Below are positions 1-8,199 of a stretch of 64,000 bases of DNA, piece after piece. The notes beneath the pieces were generated by a model. It was not told where the DNA came from and did no database searches. It saw only the letters and a program-made list of their open reading frames with translations. The stretch's first letter is position 1; each line of letters begins with the position of its first letter. The stretch lies in IMG/VR virus record IMGVR_UViG_3300028654_000384, positions 151,858-215,857 of that record, one strand, 5' to 3'. The translations under genes were made by a program, and so were the position numbers.

Positions 1-144
1 GATGAAGGCAACATCGATGTCTGGTAACATTTCGTAGAGAACAGGATTGTCGCCGTGAACCACGCCCCTTTTCGGAGTGACGCGTTTGATGCCCTCCGTT
101 CGGCTAGTGACAAAGGTGCCGGGCACAAGGCGAGTAGTGCTCAT
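1..144 (-). CDS. Small SH3/KOW-like paralog (PGxL family), truncated by window edge
   Basis: Manual translation MSTTRLVPGTFVT...; ATGA overlap with 141..434. Confidence 0.6.
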   Translation of the reverse strand, partial: MSTTRLVPGTFVTSRTEGIKRVTPKRGVVHGDNPVLYEMLPDIDVAFI

Positions 145-434
145 TTCGACACCACGTTGAGCCATGATTGACTCATCCAACCTACCCTGTTCAACGCTGA
201 CACGTAGACGATGACCTCGAGAGTATATGAGTCCGACGCACCTAGAATGAGCACCAACGAGCCGAGCGCGATCGCCGTGGGGATGTTACCGTAATCACTG
301 TCACTGATCGTGCCACGTGGCCACAACTGACACCACACGCGCGTCACTGCTAGTTGGCCGATCAACGCGACGGATACAGTGTTCACCGGCGCTCCAAGTG
401 CTCGACGCGTTGAATCACCGACGTGTAGATCCAA
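141..434 (-). CDS. PGxL/SH3-like family protein
   Basis: GQLAV..LW..GSLVLIL..VSALNRVGW pattern shared with array; start uncertain. Confidence 0.65.
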   Translation of the reverse strand: MDLHVGDSTRRALGAPVNTVSVALIGQLAVTRVWCQLWPRGTISDSDYGNIPTAIALGSLVLILGASDSYTLEVIVYVSALNRVGWMSQSWLNVVSK

Positions 435-640
435 CCCACCGCGCTAGTTAGTGACTCAATGACCTGTGCCCGTCGGTCGCCGCCGGTATCGAACGTAATC
501 GCAATGACAAGACCAAAGTTGAAGTCACACAGGCGTCGTCTATGTCCCATATCACCATAGACGCCCGGACGCCAAGAAGACGCGTGAAGTGATGTCGGGT
601 ACCAGATCAGGTCACCAGGATGGAAAATGCGGGTCACCAC
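383..640 (-). CDS. PGxL/SH3-like family protein
   Basis: HPGDLI...FGLVIAI...AVGWIY. Confidence 0.65.
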   Translation of the reverse strand: MVTRIFHPGDLIWYPTSLHASSWRPGVYGDMGHRRRLCDFNFGLVIAITFDTGGDRRAQVIESLTSAVGWIYTSVIQRVEHLERR

Positions 641-644
641 AATC

Positions 645-926
645 TTATCCTACACCGACAACTATTTCGGTTACACCGTGCCAGTGGGTGCCACGTCCCA
701 TCACCTCTTCACTGATTTCGTGAATGTACAGACGACCGCGCATTAATAGGATCAATTCGATTACGTCGTCGGACCGCAATCTTCGCCTGCTGATGATCAT
801 GGCAAGGGTGTCTGCGTTGAACACCGTGAACCTGCCCAGCGTGAAGTGATTGAGAGGTCGATTATCAACGAGTCGTGCATGCATCATCGTCAGGGAAGTG
901 ATGAGGTCACCCGGTTCAAACTTCAT
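645..926 (-). CDS. PGxL/SH3-like family protein
   Basis: MKFEPGDLI...LAMIIS...LMRGRL; overlaps stop of upstream gene. Confidence 0.65.
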   Translation of the reverse strand: MKFEPGDLITSLTMMHARLVDNRPLNHFTLGRFTVFNADTLAMIISRRRLRSDDVIELILLMRGRLYIHEISEEVMGRGTHWHGVTEIVVGVG

Positions 927-1228
927 GGGGTGATCACCTTGATGAAGGTGCTGTTGATCCAACCCATGCCCTGCGCGGTGACGATGAAGACATAATGTCC
1001 CATCACCGTCGCCATAACTGTGCTAGCGACGATTCCGACGTAGAGCGAATCAATGTACGTGTAATGACTGTCGTACACGTGGCCGGATACATCCGTATGA
1101 ACGATGATGCACACGTCGCCCGGATAGTATGCGTGTCCCATGATGCGCGGGGGCAGTGCCGTCCACGAATAACCTGGGTGCCTGAAGGTCACCAGCGCGC
1201 CCGGTGTGGCCTGAGCGGGGGTGATCAT
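923..1228 (-). CDS. PGxL/SH3-like family protein
   Basis: TPGALV...PGDVCIIV...VTAQGMGWI; ATGA coupling. Confidence 0.7.
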   Translation of the reverse strand: MITPAQATPGALVTFRHPGYSWTALPPRIMGHAYYPGDVCIIVHTDVSGHVYDSHYTYIDSLYVGIVASTVMATVMGHYVFIVTAQGMGWINSTFIKVITP

Positions 1229-1497
1229 GCGCGCACCAGGTCGGTGGGAAACACCCACCCCACGCGATGGCCGAGCAAGACACAGATCCATTGAGTGCCT
1301 GGTGAAAAGATGTGGGATACGTCCTTCACGTAATTGATGACGAGGCACCGTTTACCACGGCGATACCATCGGAGGCCACTACTATTTTCCCCGGGATGAG
1401 TGATCCTGACTGCAACATCCTCGCCGTGTCGCCGCGCGTGCGACGACCCATGGAGGCAACACAGCGTCCCGGGCAGGAATTGCTCCTCATGGGTCAT
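1225..1497 (-). CDS. PGxL/SH3-like family protein
   Basis: LPGTLC...RCLVIN...WICVLLGHRVGWVF. Confidence 0.7.
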   Translation of the reverse strand: MTHEEQFLPGTLCCLHGSSHARRHGEDVAVRITHPGENSSGLRWYRRGKRCLVINYVKDVSHIFSPGTQWICVLLGHRVGWVFPTDLVRA

Positions 1498-1550
1498 CGA
1501 GTTCTTTTCATCCTATCACACCATGGCGTCGACTTGCACGGTACACTCAA

Positions 1551-1826
1551 TCAGAGCGGTTCCAGGTCAGTAAGAAAGACCCAACCCAGCGAGGCATCGG
1601 CAAATAACAAGCAGACCCATCTCGTGGATGACAGGCCAAACCGCCAACTGTTGATGACCAGACACACCACGCCAGCAGCATACCAGACGACGACGCGTTC
1701 CATCGGCAGGCCTTGGTGGGTGCCCAGATCGGGGTGCACGATCCGAACGGCAATCTTGTCACCATAGTCTCTTCGGAGGCACGCTAGTGTGCCGGGCAGC
1801 AACTTCTCCTCGTTGGTCATTGTCAT
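1551..1826 (-). CDS. PGxL/SH3-like family protein (close paralog of 1225..1497)
   Basis: LPGTLA...VCLVIN...WVCLLFADASLGWVF. Confidence 0.7.
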   Translation of the reverse strand: MTMTNEEKLLPGTLACLRRDYGDKIAVRIVHPDLGTHQGLPMERVVVWYAAGVVCLVINSWRFGLSSTRWVCLLFADASLGWVFLTDLEPL

Positions 1827-2038
1827 CTGTTTTCGAGGAAGTACACTGAAACCCAAACCAAGCGCTCCGCGTGCAGGACGAGAACATAGTCCAGGAGGGC
1901 GTCCCATTGCTGAACAATGAGGCACGCGTCACCTGCCTCGTGTGCGTGTCCCAGCGCCAACGTCTTGCGATCTTTCCACCCAATCCACGCGTGCATGAAG
2001 ACTGCCAGCATTCCGGGAATGACGTCATGCGGCGTCAT
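1823..2038 (-). CDS. PGxL/SH3-like family protein
   Basis: IPGMLA...GDACLIV...VLHAERLVWV; ATGA coupling. Confidence 0.7.
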   Translation of the reverse strand: MTPHDVIPGMLAVFMHAWIGWKDRKTLALGHAHEAGDACLIVQQWDALLDYVLVLHAERLVWVSVYFLENR

Positions 2039-2310
2039 GCCAACACCAAGTCACTGTCGAAGATCCACCCAACAATGCCGTCTGACGTTAGCACACAGAT
2101 CCACCAGATGTTGGCTGACCACACGTAGTCAATGATCAAACCAGCAGTGCCACACCGGGCATATATCACCAGTGATGGTACCTCATCTTTGGGGTGCCTA
2201 GTGCGGATGCTGACCGTTACCAACTTCCTCTTATTGTAGAGAAAGATCAACGTCCCACGTGCATGGATCGTAGGCTGCACAAAGGGTGCTGGGGTTGGTG
2301 TGGAGATCAT
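2035..2310 (-). CDS. PGxL/SH3-like family protein
   Basis: RGTLI...GTAGLII...WICVLTSDGIVGWIF. Confidence 0.7.
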   Translation of the reverse strand: MISTPTPAPFVQPTIHARGTLIFLYNKRKLVTVSIRTRHPKDEVPSLVIYARCGTAGLIIDYVWSANIWWICVLTSDGIVGWIFDSDLVLA

Positions 2311-2582
2311 GGAACATCACTCGTCTTCGCTATGCGAACGGCGCGGAAGATCGCTCCGATCACGTGGCTGCCTTCGAGCGCGCGAGATAACCCATTACAG
2401 TTCAACCACGTCAGGATGCCTTCGGCGCGGGCGACCAACAGGTTAACGCCACCGATGAGCACGAAGCGATGCTCGACGGATGACCATATCTCTTCATGCG
2501 TGACAACCTCATTGCCGTTACGGGTGTACACCCACTTGATGAGGTCGCCGGGCTTCAATTCACTCGGCGTCATCAGGTGCAA
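2307..2582 (-). CDS. KPGDLIEW family protein (member A; decayed CRISPR-like repeat at 2364..2392)
   Basis: KPGDLIKWVY..EEIWSSV..FVLIGGVNLLVARAEGILTWL. Confidence 0.75.
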   Translation of the reverse strand: MHLMTPSELKPGDLIKWVYTRNGNEVVTHEEIWSSVEHRFVLIGGVNLLVARAEGILTWLNCNGLSRALEGSHVIGAIFRAVRIAKTSDVP

Positions 2583-3351
2583 CCCAATCCTGACCCTTGG
2601 TGAATGAACCGCGGTTCTCGATGCCCGTCTTGGTCAAGGCGACGACGAACGTTTTCCCGCTACAACCCCACCTGTTCTTGCTGACCTCGAACAACAGGCC
2701 CCCAAACGTCGGGCTCTTCTTGTTCTCGTCGTACGACAGGTGGGCATGGACGTCGATGGCGTGGCGGATGGTGTTCTTGCCCGCGAATTCTCCACCCTTG
2801 GTACATTGTCCCACGAAGATGCAGAAGGCGAAGTTCTGCTGGCACCAGGCGACCAACATCTCAGTGCAGCGCACCGGGGTGTTGCCCGTCGTCCCACCGT
2901 CCTTGTACTTCATGTCGTTCAACGTCTGCAGTGAATCTTGCAGTAGGACGATGACCTTGCCCGGGTTGGCCTTCTTGACGCCGTCGAGGAACTTCAACAG
3001 CTTAGGCAGGTTAGTCTCCTCGGCGACCATGAAGTCGTGCTTCAACTGCAACCGTTCAACGGCCAGCTTGGCCTGAAACAGGCTCTCTTCGCCCGTGTTG
3101 TAGACGACGATGTGACCCGCACCCGTCAGCGTCGACGCCAACTGGCGCACCAGCGTTGACTTGCCGGTGCCCGGGCCACCCGTCAGCATCAGCGTCGTCG
3201 TCGCGGTGAAGCCACCTTCGCCGCCCAACGCCTCGTCGATCCAATCGAGGCCCGTCGAGTGCTTGACCCGCAGTTCGGGTGGCACCGCGATGGTGCTGAT
3301 CTTCGTCCCAGCCTTGAAACCACGCCCAACGTGCAGATTCATCTCGGCCAT
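2560..3351 (-). CDS. radA: RadA/Sms-like RecA-fold ATPase (ATPase domain only)
   Basis: Walker A GGPGTGKST, YNTGEES, DSLQT, GQCTKGGEFAG and KNRWG mirror RadA motifs (GEES, DSIQ, HVTKDG..AGP, KNRFG); no Zn finger or Lon-like domain. Confidence 0.8.
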   Translation of the reverse strand: MAEMNLHVGRGFKAGTKISTIAVPPELRVKHSTGLDWIDEALGGEGGFTATTTLMLTGGPGTGKSTLVRQLASTLTGAGHIVVYNTGEESLFQAKLAVERLQLKHDFMVAEETNLPKLLKFLDGVKKANPGKVIVLLQDSLQTLNDMKYKDGGTTGNTPVRCTEMLVAWCQQNFAFCIFVGQCTKGGEFAGKNTIRHAIDVHAHLSYDENKKSPTFGGLLFEVSKNRWGCSGKTFVVALTKTGIENRGSFTKGQDWVAPDDAE

Positions 3352-3375
3352 TGTCTCGGCATCTCCGTCGGTTGA

Positions 3376-3411
3376 GATCTAACTCTACCAGGTTCGTGGT
3401 GGAACTTGCAC
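3376..3411 (-). promoter_or_regulatory. Phage consensus promoter (radA)
   Basis: TGCAAG-17-TAGAGT-TAGATC, short leader with GGAG. Confidence 0.75.
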
Positions 3412-3413
3412 TA

Positions 3414-3527
3414 TCACCGAGCCAGGATGAACATGCCCAGTGCGACCCACGAGGCGCCACAGACGACGAGGGCAGCGCTCCAGAACATCACCATCTCGGC
3501 CCGACTTGCCTTTGCTTCCTTCATCAT
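3414..3527 (-). CDS. 37-aa single-TM peptide, leaderless
   Basis: MMKEAKASRAEMVMFWSAALVVCGASWVALGMFILAR; ATG 6 nt after -10 box. Confidence 0.6.
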   Translation of the reverse strand: MMKEAKASRAEMVMFWSAALVVCGASWVALGMFILAR

Positions 3528-3563
3528 GATCTAATCCTACCACGGTCGCCGGCGAACTTGCAC
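3528..3563 (-). promoter_or_regulatory. Phage consensus promoter, leaderless
   Basis: TGCAAG-17-TAGGAT-TAGATC-ATG. Confidence 0.8.
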
Positions 3564-3570
3564 TGTCCCC

Positions 3571-3593
3571 GAATTATACCCCGGGTGTAATCC
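3571..3593. promoter_or_regulatory. 9-5-9 palindrome (operator-like), copy 1
   Basis: GAATTATAC-CCCGG-GTGTAATCC just upstream of the 3528..3563 promoter. Confidence 0.65.
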
Positions 3594-3737
3594 TAGCCTG
3601 CCTGTCCCGGGACACCCCCGGACCCACCCAGGTGCGGCCCGACGGCCCACAGGACGGCCCAGGTCACCTTGCCACGGGCGGGAGGCAGTTCCACCCCTTC
3701 GATTATTGTGGGTGCCCGGTGACAAGGCACGTGGACG

Positions 3738-3773
3738 GTGTAAGTCCCCGGTGAATCGTGGTAGAGTTAGATC
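3738..3773 (+). promoter_or_regulatory. Phage consensus promoter, leaderless
   Basis: TGTAAG-17-TAGAGT-TAGATC-ATG. Confidence 0.8.
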
Positions 3774-4073
3774 ATGGTAGCAAATAGGTCTCGCCTCAAC
3801 GTGCCCATCCACAGTGCTCGCAAGTTCAGGTGGAGCAACGATTTCACCGGCAGTGCCGAGGTGTCTGACTTCAGCCGAACAATCAGCTCGCGGGTGTACA
3901 CCGATGCCGCGGACGTGGGTTTCATCTGTGAATCACCGCGGACGGGTAAACAGGTGCTGTTCACGTTGTGTGAAGAAGAACGGCACGATGGTGAGTTGGT
4001 GTCGGAGACCTACGTGTCGTGCGCTTTTGGGGGTTGGGTGCCCGACATGCGCATCATAATCTTCAACGACTGA
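3774..4073 (+). CDS. Hypothetical protein, leaderless cassette
   Basis: ORF begins exactly at promoter ATG. Confidence 0.7.
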   Translation: MVANRSRLNVPIHSARKFRWSNDFTGSAEVSDFSRTISSRVYTDAADVGFICESPRTGKQVLFTLCEEERHDGELVSETYVSCAFGGWVPDMRIIIFND

Positions 4074-4074
4074 A

Positions 4075-4110
4075 GTGCAAGTTCAACTCCGAACCTGGTA
4101 GGATTAGATC
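4075..4110 (+). promoter_or_regulatory. Phage consensus promoter, leaderless
   Basis: TGCAAG-17-TAGGAT-TAGATC-ATG. Confidence 0.8.
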
Positions 4111-4407
4111 ATGATCAAATACAAGCGTGCCCCTGCCGGGTACATTGCCCAGTTCTTCACAGACGAGAAGCTCCCATACCCGGGCGCGGTCAACCAGGAT
4201 TACCGTGACAACCATTTCATGGACGTGACAGGAGACTGGTGTCCCACTCTCCCGGAGGCGATCGAGTCAGTCAAGAAACAACGTCCCAAGGAGATCAAGA
4301 AGCTCCAGAAAAAGCTCGAAGCGCTTGAGGCGAGAGCTCAGGAACTGAGGGCTTACATCAAACAACTCCAGGAAACGTCAGCGACCTCCGTCGAAGAGAA
4401 AGTCTGA
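4111..4407 (+). CDS. Hypothetical protein with C-terminal coiled coil
   Basis: Leaderless start; heptad-like KKLQKKLEALEARAQEL. Confidence 0.7.
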   Translation: MIKYKRAPAGYIAQFFTDEKLPYPGAVNQDYRDNHFMDVTGDWCPTLPEAIESVKKQRPKEIKKLQKKLEALEARAQELRAYIKQLQETSATSVEEKV

Positions 4408-4448
4408 GGAAGATCTGTGCAAGTTCAACTTCGAACCTGGTGGTTGCA

Positions 4449-4484
4449 GTGCAAGTTGCCCTGCAACTGGCATAGGATTAGATC
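4449..4484 (+). promoter_or_regulatory. Phage consensus promoter, leaderless
   Basis: TGCAAG-17-TAGGAT-TAGATC-ATG; preceded by a broken copy at 4417..4446. Confidence 0.8.
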
Positions 4485-4727
4485 ATGGCAAAGAGAACCC
4501 TCAAAGTCGGCGACGAATTCCACAAGGGCCTGTGCATTGTGCGGGTGATGACCCTCGAGAACCCGGGCAGGTTCCCGGTACGCTACGTGTGGGTCGTCGA
4601 GGCCAATGGCCGCCGCGAAGCGGACCATTGTGGCCGTGAAATGGCCGGCGTCAATTCGGTCAGCGGCACCTTCAAGTTCCTCGAAGGCGAGGGCTTCACC
4701 TATCACCCGGTGCAAGTCACCGCCTGA
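4485..4727 (+). CDS. Hypothetical protein, leaderless cassette
   Basis: ORF at promoter ATG; its 3' end overlaps the next promoter. Confidence 0.7.
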   Translation: MAKRTLKVGDEFHKGLCIVRVMTLENPGRFPVRYVWVVEANGRREADHCGREMAGVNSVSGTFKFLEGEGFTYHPVQVTA

Positions 4728-4745
4728 TCGTGGTAGAGTTAGATC
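4710..4745 (+). promoter_or_regulatory. Phage consensus promoter, leaderless
   Basis: TGCAAG-17-TAGAGT-TAGATC-ATG. Confidence 0.8.
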
Positions 4746-5177
4746 ATGGCAAAGAAAGTAGCAAAGAAGTCATCCAAGGCGACACCGTCTCACTACTGCG
4801 TCGGCGACACATTTGTACACTCCGACCACAACGCGGGAGTGCACATCCGGGTAGTAGCTGTCACCTCTAACTCGGTGTCTTACACGTGGCACTATTCGCC
4901 CGGTGGTGTCGGCGAGCCACCGTGGAAACAGCCCGTGTCACATTCACAGTTTCAAACGCTGCTCACTGACTTTGGCTTCACAAAGCAAAGCTGTAACAAG
5001 AGACGCGCGGCGCTCGTCGATCACATTGCACTGGCGGTGTGCAATGCGTTCAACCGAGAGGTCAGCAACGCGCTCAGTGAATTGACTCCCGTGTCGCCCG
5101 GGCTCATTGAACACGATGGGGCGATGATCATCATGAAAGATGCAGTGCACGCCGCCATTCAGCGCTTGACTTCGTAG
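4746..5177 (+). CDS. Hypothetical protein, leaderless cassette
   Basis: 143 aa ORF at promoter ATG. Confidence 0.7.
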   Translation: MAKKVAKKSSKATPSHYCVGDTFVHSDHNAGVHIRVVAVTSNSVSYTWHYSPGGVGEPPWKQPVSHSQFQTLLTDFGFTKQSCNKRRAALVDHIALAVCNAFNREVSNALSELTPVSPGLIEHDGAMIIMKDAVHAAIQRLTS

Positions 5178-5182
5178 GAGCA

Positions 5183-5218
5183 GTGCAAGTCTTCCGTCAC
5201 TCGTGGTATCCTGATCTC
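5183..5218 (+). promoter_or_regulatory. Phage promoter variant
   Basis: TGCAAG-17-TATCCT; AAGGA SD-like downstream. Confidence 0.55.
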
Positions 5219-5244
5219 TCCACCCATAATCAAGGAATGAAGCC

Positions 5245-5484
5245 ATGTCGATGCGATCCACCAACTCTCCCCGCCGTGTCTACTCCCGCAACAACGTCGT
5301 CCACGTGCTGTTCGCCGGCACCGTCTTCGGCCCCAACGGCGACACCAAGGTGCGCCTCGACACCCCCGTCCGCATCACCGGCAACGGCGACGGGACATGC
5401 ACCATCGTGCAGCGCCGTGCTCACGCCAAGGGCATCACCGAAGTGTGGCCGCAGGTCAAGGTGCCCTGCACCCCGCGTGGTTAG
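5245..5484 (+). CDS. Hypothetical protein
   Basis: GC3-rich codon pattern, downstream of promoter variant. Confidence 0.6.
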   Translation: MSMRSTNSPRRVYSRNNVVHVLFAGTVFGPNGDTKVRLDTPVRITGNGDGTCTIVQRRAHAKGITEVWPQVKVPCTPRG

Positions 5485-5487
5485 GTC

Positions 5488-5760
5488 GTGATTCACACAG
5501 GTCCCCGGGTACACATTCCTCACGGTGACTCAAATGATCGAACGGATGCGAACCTGCTGCCCGGTACCCTGGCCATCGCCGGTGCCCTCTGGCACGACGT
5601 AGACCTACAGCAACCCGTGGTGGGCACCAATTTTCTGTGTCTCATCGTCGGCGAGGTGTGCAATGGCAACATCTGGCGACCCACGTTGGTCAGTGCGCTC
5701 GACGGAGGGGTGCTGTTTGGCTCAGCCTTCTATTTGGAGCCGACGACCGTTAGGTCGTGA
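5488..5760 (+). CDS. PGxL/SH3-like family protein (inverted relative to array)
   Basis: LPGTLA..LW..FLCLIV..NIWRPTLVSALDGGVL; shares WRPTLV with 6205..6471. Confidence 0.65.
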   Translation: MIHTGPRVHIPHGDSNDRTDANLLPGTLAIAGALWHDVDLQQPVVGTNFLCLIVGEVCNGNIWRPTLVSALDGGVLFGSAFYLEPTTVRS

Positions 5761-5990
5761 CTTCGCTCAAGTGCCCAGGCCTCGCGCACGCCGAAACAGC
5801 TGACCCACAGCAATTGATCACCAAACAGGATGAACGGGTGGTCACCGGTGATATCTTGGCACGAGATGACGAGGCACAGCGTGGGGCGCTGCACCTGGGT
5901 GACATAGTCAGCGGGTAGCATTGTCTCATTGCTCCACAACACCGCGCCCGGGACGACGGTGATCAATTGTCCGGGTCGCAGCACGCTCAT
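5730..5990 (-). CDS. PGxL/SH3-like family protein
   Basis: RPGQLI..VLW..LCLVI..FGDQLLW. Confidence 0.7.
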   Translation of the reverse strand: MSVLRPGQLITVVPGAVLWSNETMLPADYVTQVQRPTLCLVISCQDITGDHPFILFGDQLLWVSCFGVREAWALERSHDLTVVGSK

Positions 5991-6208
5991 GTCGGCACCC
6001 GATGCAGGTACACGTGGCTACACCACAGTAGCTGATCATCACCGGTGAGGACGAGTGCCAGTTGCCATTTTTTTGATGTCCTGATCACAGCGATGATGAG
6101 TGACACGCTATCGGGCTTGTTCAATACGTTAAAGCCACGCATCCTTCCGTCGTCGCAAGTTCTCCACCCGGCGTCGCAGAGGACCAGCTGTCCGGGCACC
6201 AGTTTCAT
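5987..6208 (-). CDS. PGxL/SH3-like family protein
   Basis: VPGQLV..SLIIAV..LTGDDQLLW; ATGA coupling. Confidence 0.7.
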   Translation of the reverse strand: MKLVPGQLVLCDAGWRTCDDGRMRGFNVLNKPDSVSLIIAVIRTSKKWQLALVLTGDDQLLWCSHVYLHRVPT

Positions 6209-6471
6209 ACCTGCCTCAGGTAGTGTTCACTAGTCCACAACAATCGCCCATCACTAGTGACGACGAGTGTCGGCCGCCAGTTGTTAGAAATGACACCAGC
6301 AGAGGTGCCGATGACGAGGCACAGTTCTTCACGCCAGACGCGGCGAACATAATCGATCAGTGTTTGATTGAACCACAGACCCGCACCTGGGATCAGGAAT
6401 GTCAGTTGACCCGGTTGATAGAGCCAATCGTCACCTGTCACAACAGCCTCCAACGTCCGGGGTGGGCCCAC
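6205..6471 (-). CDS. PGxL/SH3-like family protein
   Basis: QPGQLT..GLW..LCLVI..TSDGRLLW. Confidence 0.7.
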   Translation of the reverse strand: MGPPRTLEAVVTGDDWLYQPGQLTFLIPGAGLWFNQTLIDYVRRVWREELCLVIGTSAGVISNNWRPTLVVTSDGRLLWTSEHYLRQV

Positions 6472-6656
6472 GTCAGGCCCAATCGACCGTCGATCAACAA
6501 CAACGTCGGGTGACCGTGATTTGATCGACGACCGACGACCAGCGCGACCCGGCCGGCTTCGATGACGGTGCCGTTCTGATCAGATGAACTGACCATGATG
6601 GGTGCCGTGATCTCAATCAGTGCTCCTGGGACGGGCGCGGTGGGTGACGGCATCAT
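6438..6656 (-). CDS. PGxL/SH3-like family protein
   Basis: VPGALI..GRVALVV..IDGRLGL. Confidence 0.65.
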   Translation of the reverse strand: MMPSPTAPVPGALIEITAPIMVSSSDQNGTVIEAGRVALVVGRRSNHGHPTLLLIDGRLGLTWAHPGRWRLL

Positions 6657-6898
6657 ACTCCCACTATGGAGTTACGATTGATCTCACACAGTTTGCCGCG
6701 CGCAAGGCAAATCACGTAATCAGCATCAACCTTAGAATGGGTGATGACGAAGAAACACTCGCCAGGCCAAGCAGTGCTGGGCATTTCGTTGACGAAAGCG
6801 ATGATGTCTGTTGTCATCCACCACAATGTGCAGGCGGCGTGCGTCGGCATGGTCAAGGTGCCCGGAGAGAACTTCACGTCGGCGGGTGACAACACCAT
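6653..6898 (-). CDS. PGxL/SH3-like family protein
   Basis: SPGTLT..TLWW..GECFFVI..YVICLARGKLCE. Confidence 0.7.
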   Translation of the reverse strand: MVLSPADVKFSPGTLTMPTHAACTLWWMTTDIIAFVNEMPSTAWPGECFFVITHSKVDADYVICLARGKLCEINRNSIVGV

Positions 6899-6941
6899 TA
6901 ATCATACCCCTGGTGTCGGTCAGTGTTCAAGCGTTGAACAT

Positions 6942-7142
6942 TCACAGCGACTTTAACCAGGCATATGCAACCTCGCACAGTCGCCCCCGTGCGATACAAA
7001 TGACGTACTTGGGGGAATAGCCGGCACCAATGATGAGGCAAGGCTCGCCGTGAACGGCGTTGTTGGGGTCACAGTCGCCCAACCACCACAACAGACAAGG
7101 CAGTTGGGTGATAACGGCCAAGGTGCCAGGTTGCAGCTTCAC
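6942..7142 (-). CDS. PGxL/SH3-like family protein (close paralog of 6653..6898)
   Basis: QPGTLA..LLWW..GEPCLII..YVICIARGRLCE. Confidence 0.7.
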   Translation of the reverse strand: MKLQPGTLAVITQLPCLLWWLGDCDPNNAVHGEPCLIIGAGYSPKYVICIARGRLCEVAYAWLKSL

Positions 7143-7366
7143 CTGACTTCCTCCCCTTCGACGGCGTGTCGGTGACACCAGCCCAGCCGTCCGGTCGCCA
7201 GCACCCGGACGCGGAATTCAATCGGGTTCACTTCAACGATGAAGACAAGGCTTCCGGGGCGCAAAGAACCAAGGTTCACGCCGTCCGCGCCGTCGGCGCA
7301 CGTCCACAGCGCCCATGCGCCTCCTTCGAGGTCACCCACCTTCCTGAGTTGACCGGGGGCGATCAC
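7139..7366 (-). CDS. PGxL/SH3-like family protein
   Basis: APGQLR..ALW..GSLVFIV..LATGRLGW; GTGA coupling. Confidence 0.7.
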   Translation of the reverse strand: MIAPGQLRKVGDLEGGAWALWTCADGADGVNLGSLRPGSLVFIVEVNPIEFRVRVLATGRLGWCHRHAVEGEEVR

Positions 7367-7572
7367 CAAAATGCCTCGACGGTCAGCCAACCCAGGCGCC
7401 CTAGGGCAAGAACACAGAAGTAGCCACGGTGCCCGGGGCCCGAGACGATCAAACAGACAGTGCCAGCAGGGAGCCTGGTGCTCCAGTTGGGGCCTGCGTT
7501 TCGCAGTTCATTCATGTCGAGCGCCCACACGGGCCTCTCGGGCCGGGTGATGGTGCCCGGTGATATCATCAT
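7363..7572 (-). CDS. PGxL/SH3-like family protein
   Basis: SPGTIT..GTVCLIV..YFCVLALGRLGW. Confidence 0.7.
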   Translation of the reverse strand: MMISPGTITRPERPVWALDMNELRNAGPNWSTRLPAGTVCLIVSGPGHRGYFCVLALGRLGWLTVEAFW

Positions 7573-7781
7573 GCCAGTGCGAGGTAGTGAAGGCAACCGA
7601 TCTGGTCGCCGATGATGACGTCGACATACTCGCCGACGTCGCTGCGCTTGGCGATGATGAGGCACAGGCAACCCACGGCCACATCACCTATGACGTAAGT
7701 CGAGCCTCCGTTATCATTCCTGAACCGCCACAGGGCAAAGTGGGGGCTTTTGACGGCGTGCAGGTCACCCGGAACCAACAT
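7569..7781 (-). CDS. PGxL/SH3-like family protein
   Basis: VPGDLH..ALW..GCLCLII..IIGDQIG. Confidence 0.7.
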   Translation of the reverse strand: MLVPGDLHAVKSPHFALWRFRNDNGGSTYVIGDVAVGCLCLIIAKRSDVGEYVDVIIGDQIGCLHYLALA

Positions 7782-7993
7782 CACGTGGCGTCCCTCATAC
7801 CGAACGTGTGGAGCCAACCACTGCGTTCCAGGCGCGAGACAAAGACGTGCACGTAGGCACCGTCGAATCCCAATACCAGGCAGACGTCGCCACGCTGCAT
7901 GTCGCCAACCTTCAGGGCACCAAGCCCCCGAAAGTTTCCAGGGTTGCGATCCCACAGGCGGCCGGATCCATCGCAATCGACGACGCGGATCAC
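7781..7993 (-). CDS. PGxL/SH3-like family protein (SRLxRxGW subgroup)
   Basis: RLW..GDVCLVL..VFVSRLERSGW; GTGA coupling. Confidence 0.7.
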   Translation of the reverse strand: MIRVVDCDGSGRLWDRNPGNFRGLGALKVGDMQRGDVCLVLGFDGAYVHVFVSRLERSGWLHTFGMRDAT

Positions 7994-8199
7994 GGCACCA
8001 CCCTCCCAGCGCTGGTCCGGAGCCAACCCGCTCGCTGGTGCCGTGAGGCAAAGACACGGATGTACTCACGACGCGGAGGCCAGGCCTCCAACAACAGGCA
8101 GACGTCATCCATGTGGACAACTTCAATCGGCCCGTGCCCATGGGCGGCGCGGGGGAGCTCGGGCCACAGGAAGGCGGTCTGATTGACGAGGAAGATCAC
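7990..8199 (-). CDS. PGxL/SH3-like family protein (SRLxRxGW subgroup)
   Basis: FLW..DDVCLLL..VFASRHQRAGW. Confidence 0.7.
   Translation of the reverse strand: MIFLVNQTAFLWPELPRAAHGHGPIEVVHMDDVCLLLEAWPPRREYIRVFASRHQRAGWLRTSAGRVVP

Noticed and set aside
1410-1450. Minus-strand SHARRHGED resembling the HAREDD repeat motif
   Set aside because: Wrong position in the protein and needs a large gap to align with the 29-nt repeat; chance similarity.
3738-5218. Integron-like cassette array
   Set aside because: No integrase and no attC-type (RYYYAAC...GTTRRRY) sites; the repeated element is promoter-shaped.
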